64,000 nucleotides of DNA from Podarcis filfolensis (Eukaryota): assembly GCA_964270895.1 (NCBI GenBank), contig OZ185445.1; one strand, written 5' to 3'. The translations under genes and the position numbers were made by a program. Positions 1-12,815 of the stretch are shown here, one piece after another. The notes under the pieces were generated by a model. It did not search any database and was not told the origin of the DNA. It worked only from the letters and a program-made list of their open reading frames with translations. Position 1 is the first letter of the stretch. Each line of letters opens with the position of its first letter.

Positions 1-1441
1 TGCACCACTTTCTAGCTCAGAAACTACAAAACAAGAATCATTAGGTGCAATCTATAACCACTCTCGCCCTATCAATATATTAAATGCAACAAGCGTGGAC
101 AAATTTGTTTTAATATGAGCTTTTATCCAACGTGACACAGAAAGCGGAAGATACCACGTTACCACAAACACTTTGTCAGGAACTACTTCGCTCAGTATTT
201 CTAATTCACCAACCCGACTTTCATTTTATAAGTTAGATATAGCTGTGCCATTGTGTCTCTTGTTCAGCACAGTATATAATTTCCGGACAAAAGTAAATAA
301 GAAGTTTCATTTGTCATTTAAGATCAACCCATAAGGTAGATGGAAAAGTATGCAGTTGGAAGTCTGAGAATGCCTACAAAGCCATGTCTCATTGGGCTCA
401 GTACTGCCTATACTTACTGGTAACAGATCTCCAGGGTTTCAGAGAGTGGTCTCTCCAAACCTTGCCTAGACCTATCAAGGATTGAACTTTGGACTTTCTG
501 CATACAAAGCAAATGATCTGCGGCTCTGGGTCTGCATAAATGGTGTAGGGTGCGTGTGTCAAGAATCCAGCAGACCACAATAAATGCCTGGTGGTTGCAT
601 GCAGGCCTGCTTTAGTGAAATGAACTGATTGTTCAGTTTTCATGGGCTTGAGAAAAAGAACCATGAAAGATTGGTCTTGTTATCTTGTTGGCATCCATGG
701 CAGAAATGCTAAGAACTGAATGGGCCGAGTCCCAACCAAGATATTGGTGCTTGCAAAGCTATTAAGGCAAAAGCTGTCCCCTTTTCTGTGCTTCATTCTT
801 CTTTGACATCATCCTGTCACCTTTCATGAAAAGTAAATGCATATCCAAACAACATTAAAATATAATTTGCAGTCAATCTATTTTAAACGAACTGTATTTC
901 TGAAATATTCATTTGCCACTCTCTTCTTTTCACTATGCTGCTCATAAAAGCCAAGAGAAAGCTGAAACATGGAAGATTGTATTCCCAACAGCATAGGGAA
1001 CCTGAAAGTTGGTGCTGACATGGAACATAAAGCTATGCCCCGATTATCTGATGACTGGCGAAGAGGATGAAAAAGGCCTTCCACTCTATAATGGAGGATG
1101 GTCCATCTGCTCACCAGACTGCTTACAATATGCCACCCAATCAGAGTTGGGATGGATCTCAGCGTTCAAGAAGTCCAACCAACTCCCAAGTAGAGGAGAC
1201 CATATTCAACCATAAAAAAAACATGTAGAAGGGACCAGAGCTTGAATTTTAACAGCATCCTTAAAGAGACTAAAATGCCAACTAACTAGTGGAATGAGTA
1301 TCAGGTGCTAGCTATCCTTAACAGGCATTGTTTATGCTTCAGCTGAGGTGGGAAATCAGTAGTTAAATTCCCATAGCACTGCATTTTGGTTGCAGGTTCT
1401 GTGAACCACCCTGAACCCTCCAGGTATAGGGTGGTATATAA

Positions 1442-1444
<3 letters not shown>

Positions 1445-1476
<32 letters not shown>
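1445..1476. repeat. (AATC)n microsatellite at the end of an L2-like tail
   Basis: Direct reading; preceded by gtgaaccaccctga...tatagggtggtatataaat, a LINE/SINE-type 3' end. Confidence 0.9.
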
Positions 1477-1478
<2 letters not shown>

Positions 1479-3099
1479 TAAACTCTTGTTTAGCTCAAAC
1501 CAGTCTCTGCTTAACCTGAAGACAGAGTCTGCCTAAGAGAGGATGGCAATGAACATTAACTTATCAGATGTGGCAAGACAAGAACCCACTTGACACAAGA
1601 GACTATGTGGTACACCAAGAGTGGCACATCTTAGGTCCTCTGAACCTCGTTATTTGGCCTTGAAATTCTTCTGAGACCGCATCACCTAAAGGAGGCCATA
1701 CCCTCCTTAACTGCTTTTGCTTTTCTAGAATGTTTCCTTGAACTATGATAGCTCCTCTTGACTGACGAGAAAGAATATGGAGGTGTGGGCATGCACACAT
1801 GCATGCAAAGAAACTGTCAACTTTTATTTGGCTGGATTGGCACTGCACCAACTACCAGTATGCAGCCCCTGGAAGGGACCTCATGGGAGAATGCAGGCCC
1901 CAGACTGAAAAGGATTCCCCAACTTTTGGCAACGTCAATATGATGCATTTCATTGCATGCAAGAAAACTGCAGCAATAAGCACCGTGGTACCTTCAATGC
2001 TGATAAAATCCTTCTCTAAGCAGAACTGAATTATATTATGACATCACTGTAGCATGCAAGATAAATTTAAGCAGTGTGTGTGTGTGTATGTGTGTGAGGA
2101 CATGTGGTGCCATCAATGGGATGCCAAGTACTACAGACTTGTATGACAGGTGAGAGACAATGAATCAGGAGAGACTAGAGAGAAGGATGAGATGGGTTTC
2201 AGCCAGTTTGATAATTTTGCATTCAAATATGTGGGTTTTTGAGATGCTACTGGAATTAATTGTGATGCATTAATTGAGATTTTTATGTAACCACCGATCA
2301 CGGGTTTTTGGGATGGAGTGGAATAAAAAAACCCCCAAGGGACAAATAATATTATAGTACTGGTATCTACTGCTAAACCACACATATAACCAAGGACATA
2401 CCTGTCTCTTTATTACATACATAATAACAAAGGATCCAAAGAGCATTGTAGTTTGAGACATAAACAAGAAAAGGACAGTGGAAGCGACAAAAAAAAAAAA
2501 AAGACTGTTAATATTGTATTCAAAAACTGTGAATACAGTCAATGAATACTCTCAATCAGAAGGGAAGAACATTACCGGTCGAGCTACTGAAATGATTTGC
2601 CAGTTATGTTGTTTATGGTAGACTAGTATTACGGCCAATGTAACTTAACAAGATAGAACTTGGCTGTTACATGGCAGTGGAATTTAGCACAAGGAATTCA
2701 AGAGCGGTGAAACCAGCTTTCACCAGTATTGGATTTTGTTGGCCTGGCCTTAAATTTGTTTTTGTAGATCTGTCCCTTAACAGCATTTAAACACTCTTTT
2801 GTGGCTTAACTCAAAGTTGTACTGTGCAGGAGGTAAGTAGTGGTGAGTATTAAGTAGTTACATTCCTCTCTGATTAGAGGAATCTGCATAAGGATACTAC
2901 AACACAGTTGCGCCATTTTATTATTATTTTTTTGCAATGTGAAACCTAATTTAAAAAGGAGGATGGATATGCTGAAATGTGTTTGGTTTGGGTTCCTTTA
3001 GTTTGTAGACAACTGAAACTGTTCTGTCTTCCAATTTTCTAACACTTTTACTGTGCATGTTTTTAAAAGAGCTGTTCCTCTCTTTTCTACTTACTTAGC

Positions 3100-3240
3100 A
3101 TGCTTTGTTCACCCTCACAACAATCCTGTGATTAGGTCATCCTTACGCCCATTTTATAGATAGGGATACTGAAGCTGATGGTTGTGAAGGTTACCAAATG
3201 GGTTCACGACTCAGCTGAGATTAGAAGGCTAAGTCCACAG
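3100..3240 (-). mobile_element. Degenerate MIR/Ther1-type CORE-SINE fragment
   Basis: cctcacaacaatcctgtga...ccccattttatagat...actgaag resembles the antisense MIR core. Confidence 0.6.
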
Positions 3241-3346
3241 AGCCAAACTCTTAATGCATTCACAGTGTCTTAAGTCTCTGTTTAAACTTATTATTGTGGT
3301 TGTCCTGAATGATGCAAGCCCTATTCAGGCATTCTTCTCCTTACAC

Positions 3347-3482
3347 CAGGCACCCCCAACCTGCGGCCCTCCAGATGTTTTGGACTACAATTCCCATCAT
3401 CCCTAACCACTGGTCCTCTTAGCTAAGGATCATGGGAGATGTAGGCCAAAACATCTGGAGGGCCACAAGTTGGGGATGCCCT
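3347..3482. mobile_element. 136-bp hAT-type MITE
   Basis: Long imperfect TIRs (caggcacccccaacctgcggccctccagatgttttgg / ccaaaacatctggagggccacaagttggggatgcc) and an 8-bp TSD CCTTACAC at 3339-3346 and 3483-3490. Confidence 0.9.
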
Positions 3483-3939
3483 CCTTACACAATTACTATG
3501 ATGGGAGATAAGGATCAGGGATGTGTTCTCTGCTTCTGTCCCTCCATCACCATTCCCACACTTTCCCATAGTTTGGTGCTGAACTAGCCTGCTTCATTCA
3601 TGTAGGCTCCCTGAATAATTTTGAACCCGAGAATATCAGCTTTCTAGGTCACACAGGGCGTCTAAATGAGTAGAAAAGGTTCCTGGCTACAGACATTAAG
3701 CTACCAGGTGTGGAGGGTTGTGATGGTGGTGCTGGTGATGTGCGAAGGAGCGGCAGCCCTTCTGCTTCCCATAAAACAGTGGTAATTGTATGAGGGAGAA
3801 CACCTGAGGAGGGCTGTACAAAGTGCAAGAAGTTAAGTAGTTGAGCTCATGCAGGGAAGTGGTAAAAGTGTAGGGAAGTCGCTTGTGTTGTAGGTAATTT
3901 ATTATCACGGCTCAGTCGTACAGGATCTGATTTGCTTAC

Positions 3940-4062
3940 AGGAGGTCTCAGATCCCTGGAATTTCAAAGTAGAAGAGATCTTGGGAAGAAATGCTGCCAA
4001 TCAGTGTAGACAACACTGAGCTGGATGGGTTGAGGTTCCTGAGCTTAAGACAGCTTCCTATG
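3940..4062 (+). mobile_element. Degenerate tRNA-derived SINE (Squam2-like) 3' part
   Basis: ctgccaatcagtgtagacaacactgagctggatgg...agacagcttcctatg matches the tail of the copy at 12615-12815. Confidence 0.6.
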
Positions 4063-4175
4063 CCCCACTCCTTGCTTGTGAGTTCAAAATCTCCACTTAG
4101 CCAGCTGTATCGACAGCTGACCTTTGCAAGGCACAATTCTCTGCCTCCCCTTTGCAACATGAGGATAATTCGACT

Positions 4176-4392
4176 CAGGGCCAGCCCAAGATGTTTGGCT
4201 GCTTGAGGCAAAACAGAAAATGCCACCTGCCCGTCTCAACCACTCCCTCCTCCACAGCCCAACCACCACTGCCTCTACCTCCACAGTCCCCCATGCACTG
4301 ACAAGCGCAGGAGGCAGCAAGCGGTGCTCTCCTTGGAGGCCGGATCTGTCGCCCGAGGCAACTGCCTCAGTGTGCCTCATGGGCGGGCCAAT
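4176..4392. mobile_element. Degenerate non-autonomous DNA transposon (hAT-like ends)
   Basis: cagggccagcccaag...gcttgaggcaa at the left and gaggcaactgcctcag...tgcctcatgggcgggcc at the right resemble a squamate MITE family; TIRs are decayed. Confidence 0.4.
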
Positions 4393-5289
4393 TTTGTTTA
4401 AGGGTCAAGACTGGGTACGACTCTGTTTATGGGCACAATTCGAAGTGCTAGTTATTTCACATAAACACACACACAACATTAAAATAAAGCAATCTACCAG
4501 TGTTTAATTGTTTTTTAATTATTATTTTTTCTGTTTTTAGCTGTTCTTATTTTTATCAGTACCCTAAAAAACTGAAATATGCTATATAAAGGTTAAGTCT
4601 CATCCTCAGGTTATATATAAGTTTAGGGGTGGAATCAGGGTTAGATCTGGAGAATCCTGGTTAATTTTTTGTTAATGTAATCCATTCTAGTTGCAGCAAT
4701 CTGCAGTAGCGTCAGTTCTCAACAGCACTTCCCAAAGGAAGTTGCACGTAGAGCTTGTTGGAACAATCTGGGCGTGACCAAGGCATTTGACAGTGGCTAT
4801 ATTTCTCTCCTCTTGAAAAGGGTACAGCTGGAACTATACAAAATCAATCCTGGCCACAGCCACTACCTTACAATCCAAGAGCAAACTCAGGTCCATTCCA
4901 CCACTGACCTCAGGTACTTGTTAAGAGACCACAGCTCCTCCTCTGTATGTAAATAACAGGAAGCAAGTCCCACTCAAGTGGACTATTAATAGAGATGCAT
5001 AGCCTTACTTAGGCAGAAGTTTAATACAGCAAAACCAGCACCTTAGACCTGCCTTCACCAACTCTGCATCCACCAGGTGTTTTGTATGTAACAACCAACA
5101 GCTGTAGTCCATAACAGCTGTTATGGAAGACTGCCCTAGATGGAATGCTCCATAAAAAGGGGGAAAGCCGAGCTTAATGCTGGAAGGCAGTCCACCAAGA
5201 AACCAGATCGTGCTTTAGATTTCATACAACAAGAGGTGAGTTGGTGCTCATCAACATATCACTGTAATATCAGCCTTTTGAGACACACA

Positions 5290-5500
5290 GGGTTGTATCC
5301 AAAGTAGCGCTTTGCCATTTGTTCCATTAGTGCAAGGATTTGCTCTTGTACAACTGAACTTTCCCCCTTCCTTCCATCTCTCCCTAAATCTGTTCTAGGG
5401 GGGTTCCTCTACCCCAGAGCAGATTTGGAAAGGAGAAGGGGAAGTTCTGTTGCACAAGCATAAATACTTGTGCTAATGGAACAAGGGTAATTTGATACCA
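5290..5500. mobile_element. ~210-bp imperfect palindromic MITE
   Basis: Arms ttgttccattag...aactttcccc...aaatctgttct and agagcagattt...ggggaagtt...ctaatggaacaa are mutually complementary; termini ggttgtatccaa / tttgatacc. Confidence 0.7.
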
Positions 5501-6702
5501 CACCACACAAAGTAGCTACTGCATCACATGTGACAGAACCCACCTGCATATATCACACTATCAGAAAACATGCAGGAATCACCCAGTTATGAAGTCAATA
5601 GTTTGTCATGTACCCCTGTATTCAGAGCTTCCATAACTCTGTCCACTTTCCCCTATAAAGCCAATTTCAACATGAAACGATGCACCACAAGTCTTGGTGC
5701 AGAAGGAAGTGACTTGCGCAATGAAATATTTTGCATGGCCATCAATTTGTCATGGTAGCTTTAAACCATATCGTTATTGTATCAGAAATGTATTTGAGTG
5801 TACCTACAACAACTGCAATATGCAATGGGCTTCACAACATTATTATTTTTTCATTCTTGCAAATACATTGTGCTGTTCGTTTTACAGGTGGAGAACAGAG
5901 GTTGAGATGTTGTGGCTTCCTCAAAGCCACCAAATAAGTTTGCAGAACTTTTACAACTTGATTTCCTAGGCTGGAGGTCCAACGTGTCCACTCTCTTACA
6001 ATTAGCCCCTGCTGTTGGGATGAAGAGACTGTAACTGGTGAAGAAATGTTGGGATTGGCTCAGATAAACACATGGATGGGAATGGTACATCACAATCCTA
6101 AACCTGTCTTTTATGAGCCATGTCAGGATTTATTTATTTTTGCTCTGAAAGGAGCCTGAAAAGTACCTTTAAAAAATTAATAAATGAAGATGTGAATTCT
6201 GCAATTCCACTTTTCCATGCATACTCTAAAAGAAAACAAATGTTAAGATTGAATTCTTCTTTCTAAAACTTATGTGGGATGTAATCAGTATGTACAGGGA
6301 AGAAAAGCTGAAATGAAAGCAATGACAGCTCCCACCATCCGGCCTTCTACTCACTTATAGTGGACTTTTCTAAAAGCAAATTAATTGCCCATGTAAAGTG
6401 GTTGCAAGCAGCTGTGATTTGGCTCCCTGTTTTTAACACCACCCTGGCTTTTATGGGGTTTAAATCAGAGATATTTAGCATCACTTTGGAGATGTTTCCA
6501 GTAGCTAAGATTTTTGCACTTGGCTTGCCCTTGATTATTTCTTTCAGTGGGCAGCTATTAACTGAGATCTGATTATTGCCTGAACCCAAGTAACACATCA
6601 CAACATTTTTTAAGCTCTTCTGAAAAATATTCTGTGCCAGACGAAGCTATGTGAAGTGCAAACAATTGTGATAAATAGTTGAAGAATGGAGTGAAATGAT
6701 TC

Positions 6703-6706
<4 letters not shown>

Positions 6707-6752
<46 letters not shown>
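6707..6752. repeat. (TA)n microsatellite
   Basis: Direct reading. Confidence 0.98.
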
Positions 6753-6755
<3 letters not shown>

Positions 6756-6949
6756 CAAAACCCCAAATACTGCAGCAGTGAAAATGGCAGTGAAATAGTT
6801 AACAGACATATGCTGTATAATTAGGAGATGCATTAATGATTATGAATAGTAAATGATTTGGTGCAAGGAAAAAAAACCTAGTCAAAAGGGACATGCACCT
6901 ATCTTACATGTTTTGTTAGTAACTGTATATAACTAGAGATTTCTGCTAT

Positions 6950-7234
6950 NNNNNNNNNNNNNNNNNNNNNNNNNNNNNNNNNNNNNNNNNNNNNNNNNNN
7001 NNNNNNNNNNNNNNNNNNNNNNNNNNNNNNNNNNNNNNNNNNNNNNNNNNNNNNNNNNNNNNNNNNNNNNNNNNNNNNNNNNNNNNNNNNNNNNNNNNNN
7101 NNNNNNNNNNNNNNNNNNNNNNNNNNNNNNNNNNNNNNNNNNNNNNNNNNNNNNNNNNNNNNNNNNNNNNNNNNNNNNNNNNNNNNNNNNNNNNNNNNNN
7201 NNNNNNNNNNNNNNNNNNNNNNNNNNNNNNNNNN
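6950..7234. other. Assembly gap (285 N)
   Basis: Run of N. Confidence 1.
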
Positions 7235-10200
7235 AGCATACTTTTAGCCTTTTAGAAACCTGTTGCATGGAGAAGGTTAAAAATATTTGCTTTATTATTG
7301 GGAAAGGATAAATGGAGTGCTAATTTGAAGTGAGAATGTGGTAAAAGAAAGGTTAAACATGATTCTATCAAAGTCTTATGAGATGCACACTAATTATCAA
7401 ACAAACTGTATTCAAAAACCAGTTCACATAACTTGCAAAGATTTTGGAATATACATTGTTCTTCTGACTTTGTTTTTTGGGGGGAGGGGGAGGGGGTGTT
7501 ACTAGTTTATTCTTTGCACAGACAACTTACTGCTGAATTAAATTCTTTCTAGCCATTTGAATGAAAACAATATTTTCACTCCAAGCTTGCTAATATTTTG
7601 ATGGTGAGTGGCCACACCAGATTTGCTCATTTAAATGTACTTTGCAAGAAGCAGATTTAGAAAACAAGGCTGGGAATGGTGGGGGGAGGGTGAGCATTGC
7701 CTTTTAATATCCATCCCAGATGCATATTGAAAGAAAGACAATAAAGCAATGAAAAGAAAGCATCTGAAACAATTCATATGCAGGTTCTTATTGCAGCAAG
7801 CCTTCTCTTTCAGTGTAGATTGAGAAAAAGGCAATACTCTCTGCAAAGGTGAGTGCAGGAGGGCAATTAAATGGTCTATGCAACAATTTTAAACTTTGTA
7901 GTTCATGTTACATTTTAAAGGTCTCCAACATATTAAGGATATACTAGTAAAAACAAACAAACGACCCTTTCTGCTTGTTAAGATTTTCGGCTGCTTTTTC
8001 ATTTTAGAGTATATGTATCTGTGTAAAATGGGTGGGTGGGTGTTTGCCCACCCAAACAAAAAAGCAGCAGAGGTTCTGATCGCTTTAGACATAAAGTACA
8101 ATCAGCTCCTCCCAGCTGCCTCATAAGGTGCTGAACCCGACTTGTATTCTTTTCTGCAAACCAGAGAGAAAGAAATATTAGGTCCATTATAGCCACAAAA
8201 AATGGGACGGTAAGCTAGTGGTGACAATTGCATTTCCTGTGTGATTTCGTTCCTCCTTTAAAAAAAACAAAACAAAAACCATGCTGATGCCAGAATGCCC
8301 ACTTTGTGCATACCAGTTCCAACAAGGGGTGGTATGATGAGGAAAATCCTTCTACCCTGCTGTGATAATATAAACAAGGCTATTTTGATACCCCTTTTTT
8401 ATAACAATAGTACGTAATAATAATACAAGAAAGATGTTGGTTGGACCCTCTTCTGAACAGAGCTCTAAAGATGATGAGCTCAGAACTCTGAAATGGAGGG
8501 CAGATAGGAATGAGAAAGTGAGTTTGTTAAATCAGGGGAGTTAAGCAATGTGCTGAAAGAGAAAGGATAAAGGGCGGAGGCTGACAAACTCAAGTTTTAA
8601 AAGACATGCATCTTTTCATTCCTTTTAATACCAATAATGGACCAGCCACATTAACGCTCAAATTTCCTTAAAAATAAACTTTTCTTTTATGTCGCCATTC
8701 CTATGGAATCCTATGGACTGAACTTTCATCATCAGAGAAATAAAATTTTGAATAAACTGCTCTGACAAAGGACAGGTAGTGTGCCCTTCCTTCGAGGTTT
8801 ACTGTGCCGTAACCTGAGAGGCAACACTCAGTTTCTGTTAAGACCTGAAATGAATGTAAGGCTTTTAAAAGCTTAAACGTACACATTTGTGCATTCATTA
8901 GGCAGTGCTAAATCTAATTTGTTCTCTTTACTGTAACAGGAAGCACATGTTTAAAGCAATCTGTTTCCTCATATGAATGCTTTCCTGTCTGTTGGGGGGG
9001 GGGGGGGACGCAACATACTTTACCCCAAGTAACCAAGAGGTGATCGTAAATATCCCTAAATAGCATTAAACAGATATGAAAGACATTAACACTTCCAGAA
9101 TGCCAAAGTAGTATTTTTTATTTTTTATTTTTAAATCTAACAGATGCTTCTAGGTCAAAAAGTGAAATGTGTGTTTCTTGAAAAAAAGGGGGGGCATTCT
9201 CATCAGAATCATAAATGAACTGTGAGTGGAGAAATGAAGTGTCATGCAGAAAACAAAAGGATCCAGTTGAGAACTCCAACACGCCATTGCCAGAGTGTGG
9301 GTTGCAAGGAAAGAGCCACATTTACATGTAACTTTGTTTAACAAATCAATATCCTTTGTAATCCACAAGGTGGCATTGGCAACAAATGACGGCTGCCTGT
9401 GTAGAATCTACTCTGGGGCTGCTGAACTTTCCTTGAAAAAGATCCGATCTCTGTGAAACGGAGTACGTACAAAAATCTAAGGGGACTTAAAAATCACCGG
9501 TGGGAAACGAGTGGAAGCAAGTCAGCCAAAACCGGATATTAACCATGTACTCTTTAACATTACATTGTCACTTAAGTTGCAGGAGTTCGTTGGCGAAACG
9601 GATTTCCCTGCCCCCAGAGAAACAGTGAAATAATACGTAGTGTGCACGTCTGGTGTAACAGACAAGGTATTTCACCCCCTTTAAAACATCATCCCTCTAT
9701 CACCGGCAAGCTGTCCTGCTTAAGAACTTTCGGAAACTATTAAAAAGAAATAACAGCGTAGGAATGACGCGGAAGAGAACAAGAAGCTCTTTGAATGCAC
9801 CTAAAACATCTGTATAAATACTCCTATTATCTACCAGGGATTCAGAACTTCAAAATAAATAAACATTTTTTTCCAAAAAAAATTATGATATACAGTAAAT
9901 TATCACGTTCAATTGCCCAGATAGATCTTTGATTCTAGTTGGTGATAAAGCAAAGAAATGGGTGCAAAAGACAGTTTGCTATGGAGGCACGAGGCAAGCA
10001 AAGTGTGTCCTATGGTACTCCGGGAAGAGGGACATCAAGCAGCCAATTAAAGAGCAGCATTGATGCATTCCAATGGGAGAATTATTATGCCCAGTTATTA
10101 TGGCACATTCTGAGGGGGGCCTCCAAAAGTCCTACTATAACACATTTTTAAAGGTGTGAGAAACAGTTTGTCTTGCAAGGAAGAAATACATCTTTTTGCA

Positions 10201-12614
10201 AAAGGTTTCTGAGTGTCGTTCATGCAGATGATTCTTTTGTTTTATCCCCTGGACTGGTGGAGAGTCCGTGAGTGTGTGTGCTTGCTGCTGTGTGACTTGA
10301 GCACATGAGATGCACCAGATCAGACCCCCAAATGAGGCTCTGATGAATAAATGGATGCACTCAGAGAACGTGCCTGGCATCATGGAATGGGGTCAGTGGT
10401 GTTGTGCACCCAAAATGCAGCATTCATTTGCTGGAGTGACACAAGACTTCAATTTAGAAAGTTTAAAATTTTGGGTCAAAACACTCGGAAGCAGAAATCA
10501 TTACACTGCTGTGTAAGTAAATGAAGAGAAGTATTTTCTACAAAGACGCAAGCTGATCAGAAAGTAAATAAAGGTGACAAAAACCCTTTTAGCTTCTGAT
10601 CCTTGATTTACACTTCATTATTTGGAAAGGCTCTTCCTATCCCTGAATGCCAGTGTTTTATAGGTTGTAATTGTTTCACCGATTATTTTATATGATTTAT
10701 GCTGCATTTGTGGTGTTCTATTATGTAACATCACATTGCTATTATTGATCGATTGTAAGCCGCTTTGGGGTTCTTTTGAATGAAAAGTGGCATAGAAATA
10801 AAATAAATGAAATCAAATAATCAGTCATTAATGTCTTATTTCAGATTATGATTACAAATCAAAACCATGCATGGCTACAAGAACACCACGCTGCCCTTTA
10901 GTTTTCAGTAGTTTGATCTGGCATTCCTAAGCAAAGGTTTATCTACAACTACAACTTTAAAATAAAATAATAATAATGAAATTCCAAAACGAACCAGAAT
11001 AGTTACAAATAAACAGTAACCTAAAAAGCTTTATAGATATTTAAAAAAAATATCCAGAAGATATAACTGAAGACAAGGAGGTATAAAAACAGTATTTCTT
11101 AATAGCTTCTTCACTTGAGTTATGATGCCTCACACCAATCAACAATATGAAGATGCTAAAGTCTAGCAGGAATGTTTAAAACACAGTAAAAAGAATCTGG
11201 TGTTAGTGCTTACAGAAAGTAGTTATTTTTATATCTCTAAATCTCTTGTATTAGAAATCATTCCCTGAGGGGATAAGTTCAAAGAGAGGATTAAATGCCA
11301 AGTTCCCTTACACTCATGCAACCACAATGGGGATTCTATGGATGTTTCCCATGAGAGCAGAAAATGCCCCTGCTGTGCACATCTCGCTTACAACTTCATA
11401 CTTGCCTGTACAGTTAAGAAGGTGCATTATTGTACAGTACAATTTCCATTTTCCCCATTCATACATTCGTAAAAACTTCCCATTTCTTTTAATCAGTTGA
11501 GAAGACTGTATGTTCTGATTCAACCACAACACATAATTAAGAAGAAGAAAAAGAATCAACAGTATTAGATCTTTGCACAGGATCTGGTTCATTTATGGGC
11601 TAAAGTCTAGCCGTACAGAAAGTCGTGCATGAGCTTCGAGAAATTCCTTAACAGATGTTTAACATACATTATGCAGGATCGGGCCCCGCAGTAACAACTG
11701 GAATATAATTTTAAAAAGCTAAACTGAGATGCTGTTCGGCACAAAGTGCAGTTTGACTTCACTTCAGGCTTCCTTGAAATAGACTCTCACAAGTATAACA
11801 ATTCTCGAATCCTGTGCTCTCGTGAGAATTAAAAATCACCATTGCTGCTCATATTCCGAGAAGCCAATTATTAAGTAAGATGCAAAAATAAATAAATATC
11901 AGAAATATTTTAAACTTACTGCGGGCTTCCTTTAATATAATAGTTTCCTAAAACATAAAAGTACTGGGAAATATACCATTTCAGTATAAGGAATGCAACA
12001 GAACTATATATTTGACGATCAAAAACCTCTGCCTCTAAGAAATGCTGTTCCCTGCATTACCTATATTCCTCTGAAGAGGGAGTCTATGTTTAAGCAAAAC
12101 TCAGAGCTCTAACAGCGATGCACCTATGCTAGTAGCTGCTGAGAAACAGGATGCAATGGTCACAACTGCTACTTCCAGGTCTAGTTATTTATTTTGAGCC
12201 ACACAAGTACAAGCTCATCACACAACAAAACACACAATGTAGTGTCTACAGTCTCCTCTACAAATTGCTTCATTTTAAAGCGGAAGGTTCCTAACTTTTT
12301 AAACCATACAAGTTCGCAGCGACAGCCTCCTTCCCACTTTTTCCATAGGGGTTATTTGTCGCTTTTTTTTGGTTTTCAGCAGCAGGGCATCTCTTAAAGC
12401 CAAGACTGTGTGACGGAGACAGACACAGAGAGGGAGAAATTGGGAGACTGTATCTGTGACCCATGCCAACACTCACTGACTGCAATTCTGCAACCTGTTT
12501 TCTAGGAGCATGTTTGCCCCCACGATATAATCACACAGGTATATTAAACAATGGCACATTGCATGTTCGATCTTAGCAAGTGCATGAGAATAAGGGTGTC
12601 AGTTTTACAGCCTA

Positions 12615-12815
12615 CATAGGAACATAGGAAGCTGCCTCGTACGGAGTCAGACCATTGGTTTACCTAGCTCAGTACTGCCTGCACTGACTACTAGCAGCTC
12701 TCCAGTGTTTTCAAGCTGGACTGTTTCTCTGCCCTACCTGGGGATGCCAGAGATTGAATGTGGAACTGTTTGCATACAAAGCAGGTGCTGTCCCACTGAG
12801 CCATGGCCCTTCCCC
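12615..12815 (-). mobile_element. tRNA-derived SINE (Squam2-like), near full length
   Basis: Minus strand begins ggggaagggccatggctcagtggga (A-box-like) with a decayed B-box ttcaatctct, and ends ggcagcttcctatgttcctatg. Confidence 0.8.

Noticed and set aside
878-1215. Overlapping short ORFs, possible retroelement remnant
   Set aside because: No recognisable motif in any frame.
6933-7268. ORFs spanning N runs (also 24133-24777)
   Set aside because: Artefacts of translating gaps as X.
11314-11592. 92-aa minus-strand ORF containing a CAG|gcaagt GC-type donor, considered as the TCF4-A first exon
   Set aside because: No match to MYCAYTIPGMGGNSLMYYYNGKA, and the phase-0 frame into that donor has a TAA stop. 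The TCF4-A exon and the next coding exon probably lie beyond the left edge.
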